DNA of 63,860 bases, filler included, from Atractiella rhizophila (taxonomy: Eukaryota), in assembly GCA_021432655.1 (NCBI GenBank). It is 3 parts of 3 records of this genome, joined end to end, with 100 filler letters (N's around TTAATTAATTAA, not from the genome) between each part and the next. Parts side by side here need not be neighbours in the genome. Positions count along the whole stretch, not along the records: positions 25,355 to 50,527 come from MU271779.1; positions 50,628 to 63,860 come from MU271809.1; 1 more part is not named here. One strand, given 5' to 3'. Shown here in pieces: positions 37,056-50,681 of the stretch. The stretch's first letter is position 1, and every line of letters begins with the position of its first letter. The notes beneath the pieces are model-generated. The model worked only from the letters and a program-made list of their open reading frames with translations. It made no database searches and was not told the DNA's origin. A program made the translations under genes and the position numbers.

Positions 37056-39744
37056 TTAAATATGTGTGAGTCGCAACCTTGCAAGCTCCTTCCCGATACC
37101 GTTAATACTTTCGAGGAGCTCCAGATCACCTTGAAGCTTCTTTCCCGAACCAAAACTCAGGCTGTCAGCTTGATCCTCTCGTTTCGCTTCGGGAAATAAA
37201 AAGCCGGGGTCAACTTCACAGACGGTGCCATATTCAGGCACAGCTGTATATCGTAGTGGAATAAATCAACAAAGCTCATTCCGCGGCATGAATAACTCAC
37301 TGCTGTTCACAAAGTAGTTCCTCACAGCTCTCGCTGTGCAAATAGAAGGTTGAGCAACAGAACAGTGACCATAGCCGTTTTGAATCAAAAGAGAAGCAGA
37401 ATCATTGCCGAATCCTTTGGACATCGATTTCGCCGCTGTATCACCTTTAGCAGTAGCCAGAGCAAGAGAGAGAGCCAACCTGATAATGGGGTAACAGGAT
37501 CATACGTGTTGCCAATGAAAAGGATAGGGAAGCTTTGAGCGCCTTCAGGGTGGCATCATGGGCGATGTTAAACATGAGTACTAGCCTTGTTTTCCGCGTT
37601 CCTTCCTCCACTGTCCACGGTCCACGGTAAGCCTCAAAGGGTTCAAAGTCCCAACCTGCACAAGAAGTGACCCATAAAGCCCAATATTCACCTACGAAGG
37701 TGGAGAGTTTGTTGAGCTGCACCTCGATGGTAAATCTCACAGTGCAAGTGGAAATAACGGTACCTACTCGACGAAGGTACACCTGCAAATCTTTGGGTTT
37801 GAAGTTCTTGAAAATCTTCGGATTGGTGTCTGCACACATGATGTGCTGTTGGTCACCGTGAGGTCCCAGTTTCAGCACAATGGAACAAGAAATAATATAC
37901 TCTGCTTTGTACGGCAGCCTCTACGTTCATGGGTCTGCGCAAGATGTTCTCGTCCCATTTCTATTGAGTATATTTACTATTATTGTGGTTCCGAGCAGGA
38001 CACTTACTTTGTGCACAAAAGTGTCCTTGCTGCCCGGCTGATTCATTCTCCAAATCATGTATCCTTCTCCATCCTCAGCCTCACTCAATCCTTGCGCAAG
38101 TCGCTGCCATGAGTCGGGGTTGTATAGAGACAAGAAGATAGCCTTGTGTAGCTGCGATGCCGTTAAAATGTCCACTCCATCCATTGATGCGACAGGCAAC
38201 GGTGATTCCAGTAATGAAGCAGAAACGGCGGCTATACGTTCGTGAATCGACGACTCTGTACTGTTATCCTTAACAAGAGCACATCGACTGGCTCCTGCTT
38301 CGATACATGACGAAAGAAAGCTGTAATAGGTCTGGGAAGTGTGCTTCTTCAGCGTGTAAGAAAGCAGGATAGAAAGCTCGACGCACGTCTTCGTTGTCAT
38401 CCATACCTTGGAACAGCCATGGCTTCAGGTTACAAACGGGGGCATATAAATGGGTTCATACCTGAAATACCCCAGTCTAGGTTGTTGCGCGTGTATGTTA
38501 CGCTATCTGCGACTCCATCCAATACAACACGCCCAACGCTTTCTGGGAACATTGCTGCAAATGTTGCTCCCAGAATGGTACCTTTGGGATTCGACTTAGC
38601 ATTATTAGGTGCTGTGAGAATAGGGAAGGAAACCGTAGGAGAAGCCTGCACGCCGTCCATCTAATCAGATTCTTCGGCTTAAAGCAAGAGAGAACAAGCA
38701 CCCCAGTAATTCAATCCACCATCCTCTTCTCCCAGAGCCTCGAGGATCCATTTCATGTCTCGAGCTACAAAGGACGTCGAGGTGCTCTTCAACATGTTCT
38801 CGTTTCCGTGCTCCATGCAAACCTCGACTTGCGCTTGCCGATGAGCCATGTGTTTCGTAATCCATGCCAACTCTGAGCTATCTGCTGCCGCCTGCTCCTC
38901 TTCCGTCAAAGCATAGGAAGAATCGTGGAGGTATGGGGATGCACCAGGAAAAAGACGAGCCTGAAGAAATCGAGAAATGTAATGTTACGCCTCTTTTCTG
39001 TTGAATTGAGAGAGAAGGGATGCATACTTCGTAAGAGAATCCAAGGTACTTTGCGTTGTAATCATGCAGCCTTGCGTATGCTTCATCTGCATAACAGTCC
39101 AGTCCAGGACTAGTCAAGTTCACGCCACGAGGATCAAAACCAAGAATATCGTATTTGCCTATGTCCCATTATTCAACACCTAGAAACGAACTAGAAGCTT
39201 AAAAGATTTGGAAATGAGAGCTTACCTTGGACGACCTGGCTAAGTAACTGTCCCATTAACGTGACGGTTAGGGTCCCGCTGCCTCCTGGCCCACCTAGTC
39301 CCTACAATAAGCAGAACTCTTCGAATTCAGGGACTCGGTGGCGGTACGGTGCGCACCAGGGTTGATAAAGAGAGTTCCCAACCTCTCCCTTGGTCCAACC
39401 GTCGCTGGTAACCTGCGGAGGGCGATGGAAACGGTGAGGTTCGGTTGGGGATTGAGATGCTGCCCTCGTCCCCATCCATCAGTCTGGTTCAAATGAAAAC
39501 AAAAATGGCATGCACATTCATAGGGGCGGTGATGTACGCGCAATCCAGCGTCGTAGCGTCAGGACAAGCCGACCAAGCAATCCCTCCGTGCAATCCATGA
39601 GACTGAGCGACAGAGCGTCCTTGTGCAGGCTGTCACAGATAATCAACATGAAATGACGTGCTCAGGTTGCTGAGAATATACCCCGATTAGGAGAAGCTGA
39701 GAGACCAGAATGTTCTGTATTAGTCGTCGCGGGCTGCATTTCAT
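37056..39744 (-). CDS. Secreted alpha/beta hydrolase, peptidase S33 / TAP-like family
   Basis: LFINPGGPGGSG, YDILGFDPRGV, nucleophile YWGFSYGT, VGRVVLDGV, Asp motif IGNTYDPVTP, His motif GYGHCS. Confidence 0.88.
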
Positions 39745-42700
39745 CCTCCTGCTTTTGGTTCCTTTCCCTTCTGTTGAATGTAGAGCGAGAGACGCAGAAG
39801 TCATGGCATTCGTGCAATGTGGCCAGCGCAGGACTTGAAACTAGACCTACGTAACCTTTATATCCTCCAGCAGAAGGAGACGCCCATGGAATATGAGTCA
39901 AGGAATTACAAAAAGGCTGAGCAAGCTGCAAAGCGCTAAACAAGACGCACTGAAAGTGTTCGGACAACACCGTCTCCTTTACCGCACGCATATCAGTCAA
40001 TACGCGTTGTCTGAAACAGTCTCGCCGATCCACTAGAGTCTGTTCTATGAGAACGCGTTTGCAGAGGAATTGTGCTATAGAATTTCACAAATGCTGGTGG
40101 ACAAAACGCCAATCCTTCAGCACTGCGGCCGCGTTCGAGGTCCAATTGAGTCAAAGCACGGTCATTGGTCAAAGGAAGGAGATGTTAGACTTTGAGACAT
40201 TTTGGTTTGGGCAGCTAAAGCCAAGACGTGAATGATGTTTATGGCGAAGGCTCGCGCAGCTGCATTCGCTTCTACCAACTTCTCTCTCCAGAAAAAAGTG
40301 CCGTGTCGAACTGAATCATGACAATAGCTAGCGGTTTCAAGGTGAATTAGGCTGAGATTGAATCGGGAAGGGAAATGTGAAAGAGACATGACAGTGTCAT
40401 ACAGGGAATGATAAGCGATTTGAAGGTATGAGCTCATACTCGGTTACGTTGAGGAATGCTACCTTTTTCAAGATACAACGATTTGTAGCATCGGAAGTTC
40501 CCCCGATCCAAGGCCCCACTTGAGGATGTCACAGGGAACACAAAAACTGGCTCCTGCTTCGATACATGACGAAAGAAAGCTGTAATAGGTCTGGGAAGTG
40601 TGCTTCTTCAGCGTGTAAGAAAGCAGGATAGAAAGCTCGACGGACGTCTTCGTTGTCATCCATACCTTGGAACAGCCATGGCTTCAGGTTACAAACGGGG
40701 GCATATAAATGGGTTCATACCTGAAATACCCCAGTCTAGGTTGTTGCGCGTGTATGTTACGCTATCTGCGACTCCATCCAATACAACACGCCCAACGCTT
40801 TCTGGGAACATTGCTGCAAATGTTGCTCCCAGAATGGTACCTTTGGGATTCGACTTAGCATTATTAGGTGCTGTGAGAATAGGGAAGGAAACCGTAGGAG
40901 AAGCCTGCACGCCGTCCATCTAATCAGATTCTTCGGCTTAAAGCAAGAGAGAACAAGCACCCCAGTAATTCAATCCACCATCCTCTTCTCCCAGAGCCTC
41001 GAGGATCCATTTCATGTCTCGAGCTACAAAGGACGTCGAGGTGCTCTTCAACATGTTCTCGTTTCCGTGCTTCATGCAAACCTCGACTTGCGCTTGCCGA
41101 TGAGCCATGTGTTTCGTAATCCATGCCAACTCTGAGCTATCTGCTGCCGCCTGCTCCTCTTCCGTCAAAGCATAGGAAGAATCGTGGAGGTATGGGGATG
41201 CACCAGGAAAAAGACGAGCCTGAAGAAATCGAGAAATGTAATGTTACGCCTCTTTTCTGTTGAATTGAGAGAGAAGGGATGCATACTTCGTAAGAGAATC
41301 CAAGGTACTTTGCGTTGTAATCATGCAGCCTTGCGTATGCTTCATCTGCATAACAGTCCAGTCCAGGACTAGTCAAGTTCACGCCACGAGGATCAAAACC
41401 AAGAATATCGTATTTCCCTATGTCCCATTATTCAACACCTAGAAACGAACTAGAAGCTTAAAAGATTTGGAAATGAGAGCTTACCTTGGACGACCTGGCT
41501 AAGTAACTGTCCCATTAACGTGACGGTTAGGGTCCCGCTGCCTCCTGGCCCTCCTAGTCCCTACAATAAGCAGAACTCTTCGAATTCAGGGACTCGGTGG
41601 CGGTACGGTGCGCACCAGGGTTGATAAAGAGAGTTCCCAACCTCTCCCTTGGTCCAACCGTCGCTGGTAACCTGCGGAGGGCGATGGAAACGGTGAGGTT
41701 CGGTTGGGGATTGAGATGCTGCCCTCGTCCCCATCCATCAGTCTGGTTCAAATGAAAACAAAAATGGCATGCACATTCATAGGGGCGGTGATGTACGCGC
41801 AATCCAGCGTCGTAGCGTCAGGACAAGCCGACCAAGCAATCCCTCCGTGCAATCCATGAGACTGAGCGACAGAGCGTCCTTGTGCAGGCTGTCACAGATA
41901 ATCAACATGAAATGACGTGCTCAGGTTGCTGAGAATATACCCCGATTAGGAGAAGCTGAGAGACCAGAATGTTCTGTATTAGTCGTCGCGGGCTGCATTT
42001 CATCCTCCTGCTTTTGGTTCCTTTCCCTTCTGTTGAATGTAGAGCGAGAGACGCAGAAGTCATGGCATTCGTGCAATGTAGCCAGCGCAGGACTTGAAAC
42101 TAGACCTACGTAACCTTTATATCCTCCCGCAGAAGGAAACGTCCAATGGAATATGAGTCAAGGAATTACAAAAAGGCTGAGCAAGCTGCAAAGCGCTACA
42201 CAAGACGCACTGAAAGTGTTCGGACAACACCCTCTCTTTTACCACACGCATATCAGTCAATACGCCTTGTCTGAAACAGTCTCGCCAATCCACTAGAGTC
42301 TGTTCTGTGAGAACGCGTTTGCAGAGGAATTGTGCCATAGAATTTCACAAATGCTGGTGGACAAAACGCCAATCCTTCAGCACTGCGGCCGCGTTCTAGG
42401 TCCAATTGAGTCAAAGCACGGTCATTGGTCAAAGGAAGGAGATGTTAGACTTTGAGACATTTTGGTTTGGGCAGCTAAAGCCAAGACGTGAATGATGTTT
42501 ATGGCGAAGGCTCGCGCAGCTGCATTCGCTTCTACCAACTTCTCTCTCCAGAAAAAAGTGCCGTGTCGAACTGAATCATGACAATAGCTAGCGGTTTCAA
42601 GGTGAATTAGGCTGAGATTGAATCGGGAAGGGAAATGTAGAAGAGACATGACAGTGTCATACAGGGAATGATAAGCGATTTGAAGGTATGAGCTCATACT

Positions 42701-42804
42701 CGGTTACGTTGAGGAATGCTACCTTTTTCAAGATACAACGATTTGTAGCATCGGAAGTTCCCCCGATCCAAGGCCCCACTTGAGGATGTCACAGGGAACA
42801 CAAA
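38287..42804. repeat. Near-identical direct tandem duplication (about 2.26 kb units: 38287-40544 and 40546-42804)
   Basis: The sequence recurs at offset 2259-2260 with scattered substitutions; the ORF track shows paired near-identical ORFs. Confidence 0.97.
40468..42003 (-). pseudogene. 3'-truncated duplicate of the S33 peptidase gene
   Basis: Copies the promoter and 5' exons up to CIEAGAS, then reads into unrelated sequence (FCVPCDILKW...*). It lacks the catalytic Asp and His. Confidence 0.8.
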
Positions 42805-43109
42805 GCCTTGCTCGGGTATTGATTTGGATATTATGTTCCCCATTTCTCAGAATGTCACAAAGCTTTGAAAGGATGGTAAAACGAAAGCTGTACATTAGGA
42901 CGCTGGTTGGTTCACATCAAATTTGCACTTGGTAAATCAGATCAAAATAAATTTATTACATCGCGCTTATATGATTTCCAGAATCAATAACGTATGGCAT
43001 TAGCGGGAAGCCTTCTCTGCTATTACAAAGCAAGCCAGATCAATTGACAGCTTTGTCCTTTTCAAGAAGCTGATACTGTTGGAGTACTTCTGCTCCCTCA
43101 GCTTGCCAT

Positions 43110-44394
43110 ATGTCAATAAAGTCATTCCCTTCTTTGTTCCCGATTTTCCTTGAAGCCAATTGCCAACGGATGGGTGTGCACGATGAGACCGCTCAGATTG
43201 TGATTATCCCATTCGTCAATCATTTCCAACATTTTCAGCGGCCGGGGATGGCAGATTTCGTGTCGAATGTCCGGGCGGAGCGTCATTCCCGCTTCCTGAT
43301 GAGCTCTTGACGCGAATATTTGAGCTCATCGCTGAAGATGAAACCGACTCTCTGCTCTGGGGCTCGACGTTGTCCCCCACCTGTCTTGTAAACAGACGTT
43401 GGAATCAGTTGGCACAACCTGTCCTATATCGACGAATTTTTCTAAAAGGACCTTTTTTTTTTCTATGCCACTGTCATCCCCAATGTTGTCAAAGTCCTCA
43501 CGTTACCTTCGCGAACTGCACATTGCTGTCGTCGCTCAGGATACTGGTGAAGGAACGATTCAAACCAGTGTTATCCCAATTTTACAAAGCCTCATGGCCC
43601 TAAAAATCCTTCGGTTGCTCGATTACTATAATGGATTTGGCGAGGAAGCCGATCTTTGGGATGGCGTTGGCACTCTAACGAACCTTGAAGAGCTCTCCCT
43701 TGAGAACACGCCAGGAACAACCAATACGTTCGCTGGAGATCTTTGCCTTTCTCAGCTCAGAAAGCTGCGACACTTGAAAAAGCTCCTCTTTAGTGGCGTC
43801 TATTTTGAAACACCATCGATTTCATCGCACGATCTGCCAGAGCTTCATCTCTTGTACTTGCTAGACTCTTGGGCCTCGGAGAACCTGCTGGCTAATCTGC
43901 TCTCGATTTCTTCTCTGCAACACGTCGGCTTGGACTTTGATGGTACCAGAACGGGTCCCTCACCTCAAAAGTCAGACCTCGCGATATTGAATACTATTCC
44001 ACTCACCCTGGAGCATTTATTCATTGTCGGCGGCGCTCGTGCCTCACGACATATTGACGCATGGTCACAACTCTTCAATGATCATCTTACCTCTCGTATT
44101 TCACGTTTTAATCAACTCAAGCGTTTGGATGTCGCGTCTGGCTTTCCGGATAAACATTTCTATGCAGCTCTACCTGGCACGATACGACATCTGTGTTTAA
44201 GTACCGGGGCGCTCCTTGATCCACAAGACGCAGCATTGCTAACCATCTGGCAGATGATTGAAGACGGTCCGGTTCCTCTACTCCGTCAGCTCTCTATATC
44301 TCTTTCCATGTCTGCGTATCATCTTCTTAAAATGGGAACTTGTGGTGCCTGTCACGTCGAGGACTGGGTGACCCCTATTGTAGACATGTCATAG
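43110..44394 (+). CDS. F-box protein with a leucine-rich (RNI-like) region; frameshift at a T10 run; start uncertain
   Basis: LPDELLTRIFELI...CLVNRRWNQLAQPVLYRRI F-box pattern, followed in another frame by LRELHI, LEELSL, LKKLLF and LKRLDV repeats. Confidence 0.7.
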
Positions 44395-45198
44395 GTTCAA
44401 GTTTTGGTCTAATAACATGACGAGCTTCTTTCTCGACTGCAACCGTTCAAGTTGAGCACCTTTGCAATGCCGTGACGTGTTCACAGTTCGGTCATCTCTG
44501 CTCCTTGCAAACATTTGACATTTGAAACATTGCTCGCTCTAATACTCCTTTAGGTAGCTCTCACTTTAGTCGGAATTAAGCTCGCCTGCATGTCAAAACT
44601 CAAGACATGGGGACTCAGCACGTAATGCAGGTTGATGCAGGTTGATGAGAGACATCTCATGTTTCTGCCTATCATTTTGCTCAGAAACGTAAACAAACTG
44701 TGAAGAACCGGCGTGTGGATGCTGCTTTCTTCGTCATCGTCATGGATGCTGCTGTCAATGATTGGGCTGAGCCTGAAAGTACAATGCAGGGGTGAACAAA
44801 GTGAGTTTCATAAATATCCAATTTCAATATCCGGCGTCATCATGTTCGATGAAGCTTGCTTCCTTAGCTTGAATCCCACCAGAACGGGAGGGTATGGGCC
44901 CTATCAACTGCATCGCCGAAAAACCTGTGGAAAGAAGCAGGCGAGATTTTGAAATCGGCCGTGTCGAGGAACCGCGATAACCTGTCACGTCTGTGCTCAG
45001 TGGGGGATTCTTGCTTTGCCGAACGATTAGAGGAGGAAGAGCAAACGTCACGCACCCAGCTCTAGCGTACAGTACATATGGCACCGGCATTTGATGATCG
45101 TGGGGAAGTCCTCCATCCTCCACCGAAAAGGCCAATAAAACAGCAATGCCTCCTTGGAGACATCCCTGCTTTAGCTCTGTTTCCTTTGACGCGCGAGA

Positions 45199-47390
45199 AT
45201 GCAGTTGCTTACAGCCCTCTTACCCATCCTCCCAGTCGTCCTTGCCGGCCCGAGGCTGCCAGAAGGATGTCCCGACTATGTCGAGTACTCCCAGACGCCT
45301 CAAGGCAACCCTTCTGCTGGACCTCTCGCCCTCCCTTACATGCGTCCTGATCCGCAGTGCAGAACTTTCAACAGCTCATCTGTCGAGGTGGGCCGTTTCC
45401 TCTGAAGCTGCAGGTTCAATTCTCATGAAGAGAGACGTTACTGAATAGAAAGTCATCACGGATATGAAAGCCCGCCTAAAGGATCCAGATATCGCTAGGT
45501 TATTCGAGAACACCTTTCCTAATACGCTAGATACTACTGTTAGCTATTACAACGATGTCAGTTTCCCTTTTCTCTCCGTCTTGTCTTGAAGAAAGGCTGA
45601 TGGAACGTGGTGAAAAGACTGAGAACATCGCCTTTATCATCACGGGAGATATCAAGCATGTTTTCCTCCATCATTCCATCTTCCCATGCTGATAGTTACT
45701 GTAGCGCTCAATGGCTCCGCGACACAGCAAACCAGTTCGCTCACTATTCCAAGCTCCTCAAGAATGACACGGAGCTCTCAACGCTCGTGAAGGCTATTAT
45801 CAATAACGAAGCACGCTACATCAAGCAGTTTCCTTATTGTGGAGGTACGCTCAATTCTTGCTTCTTCGTCTCTGGCGGTCGAATTGGCGTTGAATGAACG
45901 CGGAATGAAACAGCGTTCCAACCTCCTCCAGAATCCGGCCTCCCTCCAACCTACAATGAATGGGCTTACAACGTGACCGTGAACCCTCCCGTTAGTCCTC
46001 TGTCCACATCTGCACCCACCAACCCAAATTTAATGATGGTAAACGGTGCAGGTGGACAACACGACCGTCTTCGAGTGCAAATACGAAATCGACTCCCTCT
46101 GTGGTTTCCTCAAGCTCTCTCGCTCCTACTTTTCTGCAACTGGTGACAAGTCGTTCGCAAATGATAATTGGTATGAAGCTATCAGACAGATCTTCAGGGT
46201 CATGGATGAGCAAAGTCAGCCGACCTTCGATGAAAACTGGAATGTAGGCGAGTTTCTCTTCTTGATTGATGGAGCTGATTGGACCACTACACTGTAGTAT
46301 ATCTCCTATTACAATGTGCGCAGCTGAGAACTCTCCAACTTTCGTACGGTATTGATGAGGAGTGCGTAGTGGACTGGTACTACTGGCGCACTATCTCCCA
46401 GGATTTTCAACTCTGGAAACGGAGAGCCGAAGGTACGTTTCGTGTCTCCAATCTCACATCGCACATTGTGTTCTTTCAGGCATACACTGGCATGGTGGGA
46501 ACCCACCACCGTCCTTCAGACGACAAAGGAATCTATGCCTACCTCGTCCCCGCGAACGCCATGCTGTCCGTCGAACTGTTGCACCTGGCAGACACGATTG
46601 AAGGCGTCGGAAACGGCTCCTCCACCTTCGTTTCCGGAGCTAGGAAATGGTCTAGCCAGATCAAGAAGGCTATTTATGACTACGGAGTCCTCGATGGCTC
46701 CTTCTCGTTCGAGGTCGATGGATTTGGATCCCACAACAGACAGGACGATGCTAACGTTCCTTCCCTCCTCTCACTTCCGTATCTCGGTTTCTTAGATCGC
46801 AACGATTGGAGATATAAGAAGACAAAGGATAGACTGTTGAGTAGGGGCAATGGCTACTTTGCTAAGGGAAAGAATTTCTTCGGCGTCGGCGGACCACACG
46901 CCAGCCCTGGTCTGTTGTCATTTTCATTTGCACGAGAAAACTCGCTCACTGTGCCTCGTAGGAACGCAAAACCCGTGGCCTATGAGCTTGAGTACGTCTT
47001 TGAGTCCCGTTTGCAAATTGTAACCAAACGCTGGAAACAGTCAGCTCCATTTACGGAACTAGCGACGATTCTGAAATCATGACTTACCTTTACACGATTG
47101 CCAACGTACGAACTTTCTATTCTTCCTTTCAAAGCTCATTTGGCCTCGTAAATAGAACACGGTTGGATTGGGCTTGATCCACGAGTCCCAGAACATCTAC
47201 AACACAACCAAGTACACAAGACCGTGGTTTGCTTGGGCAAACTCGTACTGGGCAGGCAAGTATTCATCAATAACTCGATCATTCTTCTGTTTTTGTTGAT
47301 CATTGATTTGCAGAGATGATCCTGGACCTCGCCGAGCGCAAGCCATATCTCATTTTCAACTCTAGCGAGCCGTACATTGTTGGTCAATGA
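45199..47390 (+). CDS. Secreted GH125 (exo-alpha-1,6-mannosidase-like / Mug157-like) glycoside hydrolase
   Basis: Signal peptide, LFENTFPNTLDTT, ITGDINAQWLRD, FECKYEIDSL, HRPSDD, DDANVPSLLSLPYLG, GVGGPH, LIHES, TRPWFAWANS. Confidence 0.9.
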
Positions 47391-48308
47391 ACAGGCGAAT
47401 TTTGCTAGCAGATCGCAAAGGAATAAAGTAACGGATGAAAGATGTCAAAATACCCATCACGAGTCAATGAACTTAACCGTCGAAATGCAATGTTTACTTA
47501 TTCTCAAAATAAAAGGTCGGTTCTTTTGACCCTACTTGGATCGCTATGACTAGGAGTGGAACATGAAGTTGCATGTAAACCTATAAAGTAATGAGCCTGA
47601 CCGTCCTCACTTGCTAAGTTACAAACACGAGTCCCCATTACGATCAAACCACGCTATCAACAAATGTCGACGAAAACCCGAATCCAAGTCTCGATCTCAA
47701 ACAGAACAAGACAAGCCAAGTAGGCGACTTAGAAGTCAGCGGTAATAAGATAGTGGATAGATGGATAGATGGATGTGGTAATAAACAAACCGAAACAGAA
47801 AGGGACAAGGAACAAGGAACAAATAATCAATATTTATCTTTGGATGATTAAGGCGATGAGACTGAGAGAAGGAGCGAGTGAGTCCAGTGGCAGTTGCGAC
47901 GGGACCATGGAGATGAAGAAGCAGAAATAGATTCAGAGATGGGAAGAAATCAAGGAGTAAGATAAGACATGTCGAGGCTGTCCTGTGCCCATGGAAGGTT
48001 CGAACAAAATATGCAGAGATTAAAAGTAAACGAGCGTGACGTTCTTAGCATATGTTGTAGGAGAGGAGCACGGAGACAGAGAGGGACTATGATGGATGAG
48101 AGAATCAGTACCGGAAAGAAAGTCAATGGTCAATAATTCAACTTTGAAGTGGTAGAACTGAAAAACGATAATCAAAAACAAGTGGAAATGAGACTGGTTC
48201 AATCTTTGCAGGATTGATACGACCGTCCGTTCAGTCGCAATAAGTAGATAATGGTGTGATTTGGCTTCGGTTCGGCTGCTGGGTCGCCTCTTCCTTGCCT
48301 GCATTCGA

Positions 48309-49770
48309 TCAGGCGAACAAGTTGTCTCTCTTCCTCTTTCCCAACCCAGCAAAATCGTCTCCTGCCACCAGATCTCTGGTCTTCTTCCTCGGCAAGCTCT
48401 GTGGCGTAGGCATGAGTGCGAACCCATTCCCTTTACCTTCAGGACCTTTGGTTAGGTCGAGACCCTTCATTCCAATCGACATCGACACCGCTTCATTCGA
48501 TCCAGCAAACTTGAAGGGATTCTTCCTCACTGATGTGGGCGAACCAATCAACTTGTGGGAGGAGCTGCGACGGGGAGGGGTGGAAACGAGAGTGGTCTCG
48601 CCTTCCAGTTCGGAGTCCGAAGCACAGAGCGCAGTGGATTCCGGGGCGGTTTGAGAGACGAGGGTGAGATCCGCTTCGACTTCCGGAGAGTCTTTCCTCT
48701 CCTCTTGCTCCTCCATGATCTCATCGACGTCGTAATCAACCTCCTCTTCGGTAGTCGTCGCGAAATCTTCAAGCTCAGTTTGCTCATCAGACTCCGTCTC
48801 TTCGTATTCATCGCTCTGTTCCTCGGAGATCCTAACCTTTGAAAAGTCGAGAGCCCTCTCAATCCTCCTCGAGTGACTCGGCCCATACATTCCATCGACT
48901 TCAGCTTCGAGCTCCTTTCTCTCCTCCGAATCGCTCAGATCTTCGGGATCCATCATCTTCGTCACCACATCACCTACCGTCTTCCCGGTCGCTCGGGCAG
49001 TTGCGACGTGATCAGGAGCCCAAAGAAGTTTGCGAGAAGCCGCCCAGTCTTCGCAGGGAAGGGCCCAATCGTCCTCATCATCGCTACCCCCGAACCTGCT
49101 CACAAGCCTGCGAGTCTTGATGGCCGCCAAAGCGTCTGCTGGAGGATTGAAAGGGTCGACGGTTTGATTACGGCTATTCCCGTTTCAGCATATCAGATCA
49201 GCAAGACGGTGTAAAGTGAGGATACGGACAAAGTAAGGATTAGATCGCTGCCCTTCTGTCCCGGTAAACGACCCCATCTATCCCTTGCCTCCTTCCTCTT
49301 GAACCTCACCGCCTCATCCTCCTCATCCGAAGAATCACTCCATCCGTCCGACGTTCTATCCAAACGTCGATTCCTCAGTGCAATAGGAACATAGTTCTCT
49401 GAGAACGGATCGCTTTCATCTGCCGAGGAAGGCGCAACTTTGGAGCAGAGGTTCTTCCTCGCACATACGGGTGCTTTGAAGTCGCGGTAGATAGGGGCGG
49501 GTGGTGGCTGCGGCGTATAGGATGTGGAATACAGGTTAGAGAAGTGTTTTGGGGCTTTGGGAGTCGAAGGAAATTGTATCTGTTGTTTGGGAGTCTGGAT
49601 TGAGCTCGGGAAACGACGGGTCATGGTTCTTGGCTTAGCCGGCGAAGTGGGAGAAGGAGGTCGGTACGCTAACCCAGAGAATATTCATAAATCTCATCCC
49701 ATCTTATCAACAATTGGGAGGACATACCTTCGCCAGCCTGTTTGGCATTCATCGTATTTGACTTCTCCAT
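48309..49770 (-). CDS. Hypothetical protein, Pro/Ser-rich and acidic, probably disordered
   Basis: ORFs 49193-49624 and 48309-49130 can be joined by GT-AG introns, with a short first exon from 49770. No domain recognised. Confidence 0.55.
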
Positions 49771-50527
49771 CCCAAACTCGAAAGAACTCCTTCTTGTTGA
49801 TGCTCCCCAACGGACGTGTTCTCACGGAGAAACGTACAAAAAACGCGTCTTCACTTGCGTGAGACTAATAAGACGAGAGACTGAGCGAGAAGGGGGAGAA
49901 TGTGGGCGTGTTGTTGGGTGTTGTGAAGCAGTTGATGAAGGGATGGTCGAAAACAACAACGAGGTTTAAGGTTGGACACAAGCTTCGTCCCGACTCATCC
50001 GGATGTGATGAGTTCTCTTGGAGCTCGCTCACACCGTTTGGTTTGGCCTAGAAAAGGCCTTATCCCAGTGTCAGAACCTGGTGCGTTCGACTGGAACAGG
50101 TCTGGGCTATGAGGGCCGCGGTCACTTTGCTCAGGCAAGCTCCAGAATATTGAGAGACGGCGAGTATCGAAGAGCATGCTTCCTATCGAGCCAGGGTTGA
50201 GCTTCTGCTCTGTCAGTCGTTTTAGAATTTGTAACTGTCCTGTCAAGGTCTGCTTGACGAGCCACTTCCAGGAAAGCATCTAGTAACGTTCATACAGTCA
50301 TGCTTGTTCTGCATTCAATGTTCTTGTTACGCTTCCTTTCATCTTAAATTCAATGCGAAAGAACAGAGTCCCAGTCATTCCGTCGTATCTCATATCGTCG
50401 AAGTCTGAGTATAGCACTCCCTCTCAGACTGGTATGCACTATTGTACGGGTTGCCTGTCGCGTTATTGCAGTCCGCTCAAAACCTACTCTGATGGAAAGT
50501 TCCCGTAGGGTTTAGAGTCTTCTTTGA

Positions 50528-50627
50528 NNNNNNNNNNNNNNNNNNNNNNNNNNNNNNNNNNNNNNNNNNNNTTAATTAATTAANNNNNNNNNNNNNNNNN
50601 NNNNNNNNNNNNNNNNNNNNNNNNNNN
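50528..50627. other. Artificial contig spacer (N44-TTAATTAATTAA-N44)
   Basis: Identical to the spacer at 25255. Confidence 0.97.
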
Positions 50628-50681
50628 CTTCTTAATCAGGAGCCATGGTCCTTTTTTTGCCATCCCAACAAATAAGGTCTT

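Noticed and set aside
44824..45135. Minus-strand ORF with an intron-like GTGCGT...CTAAT...AG segment upstream of GH125
   Set aside because: Could be a small gene, but no splice variant gave a recognisable product.
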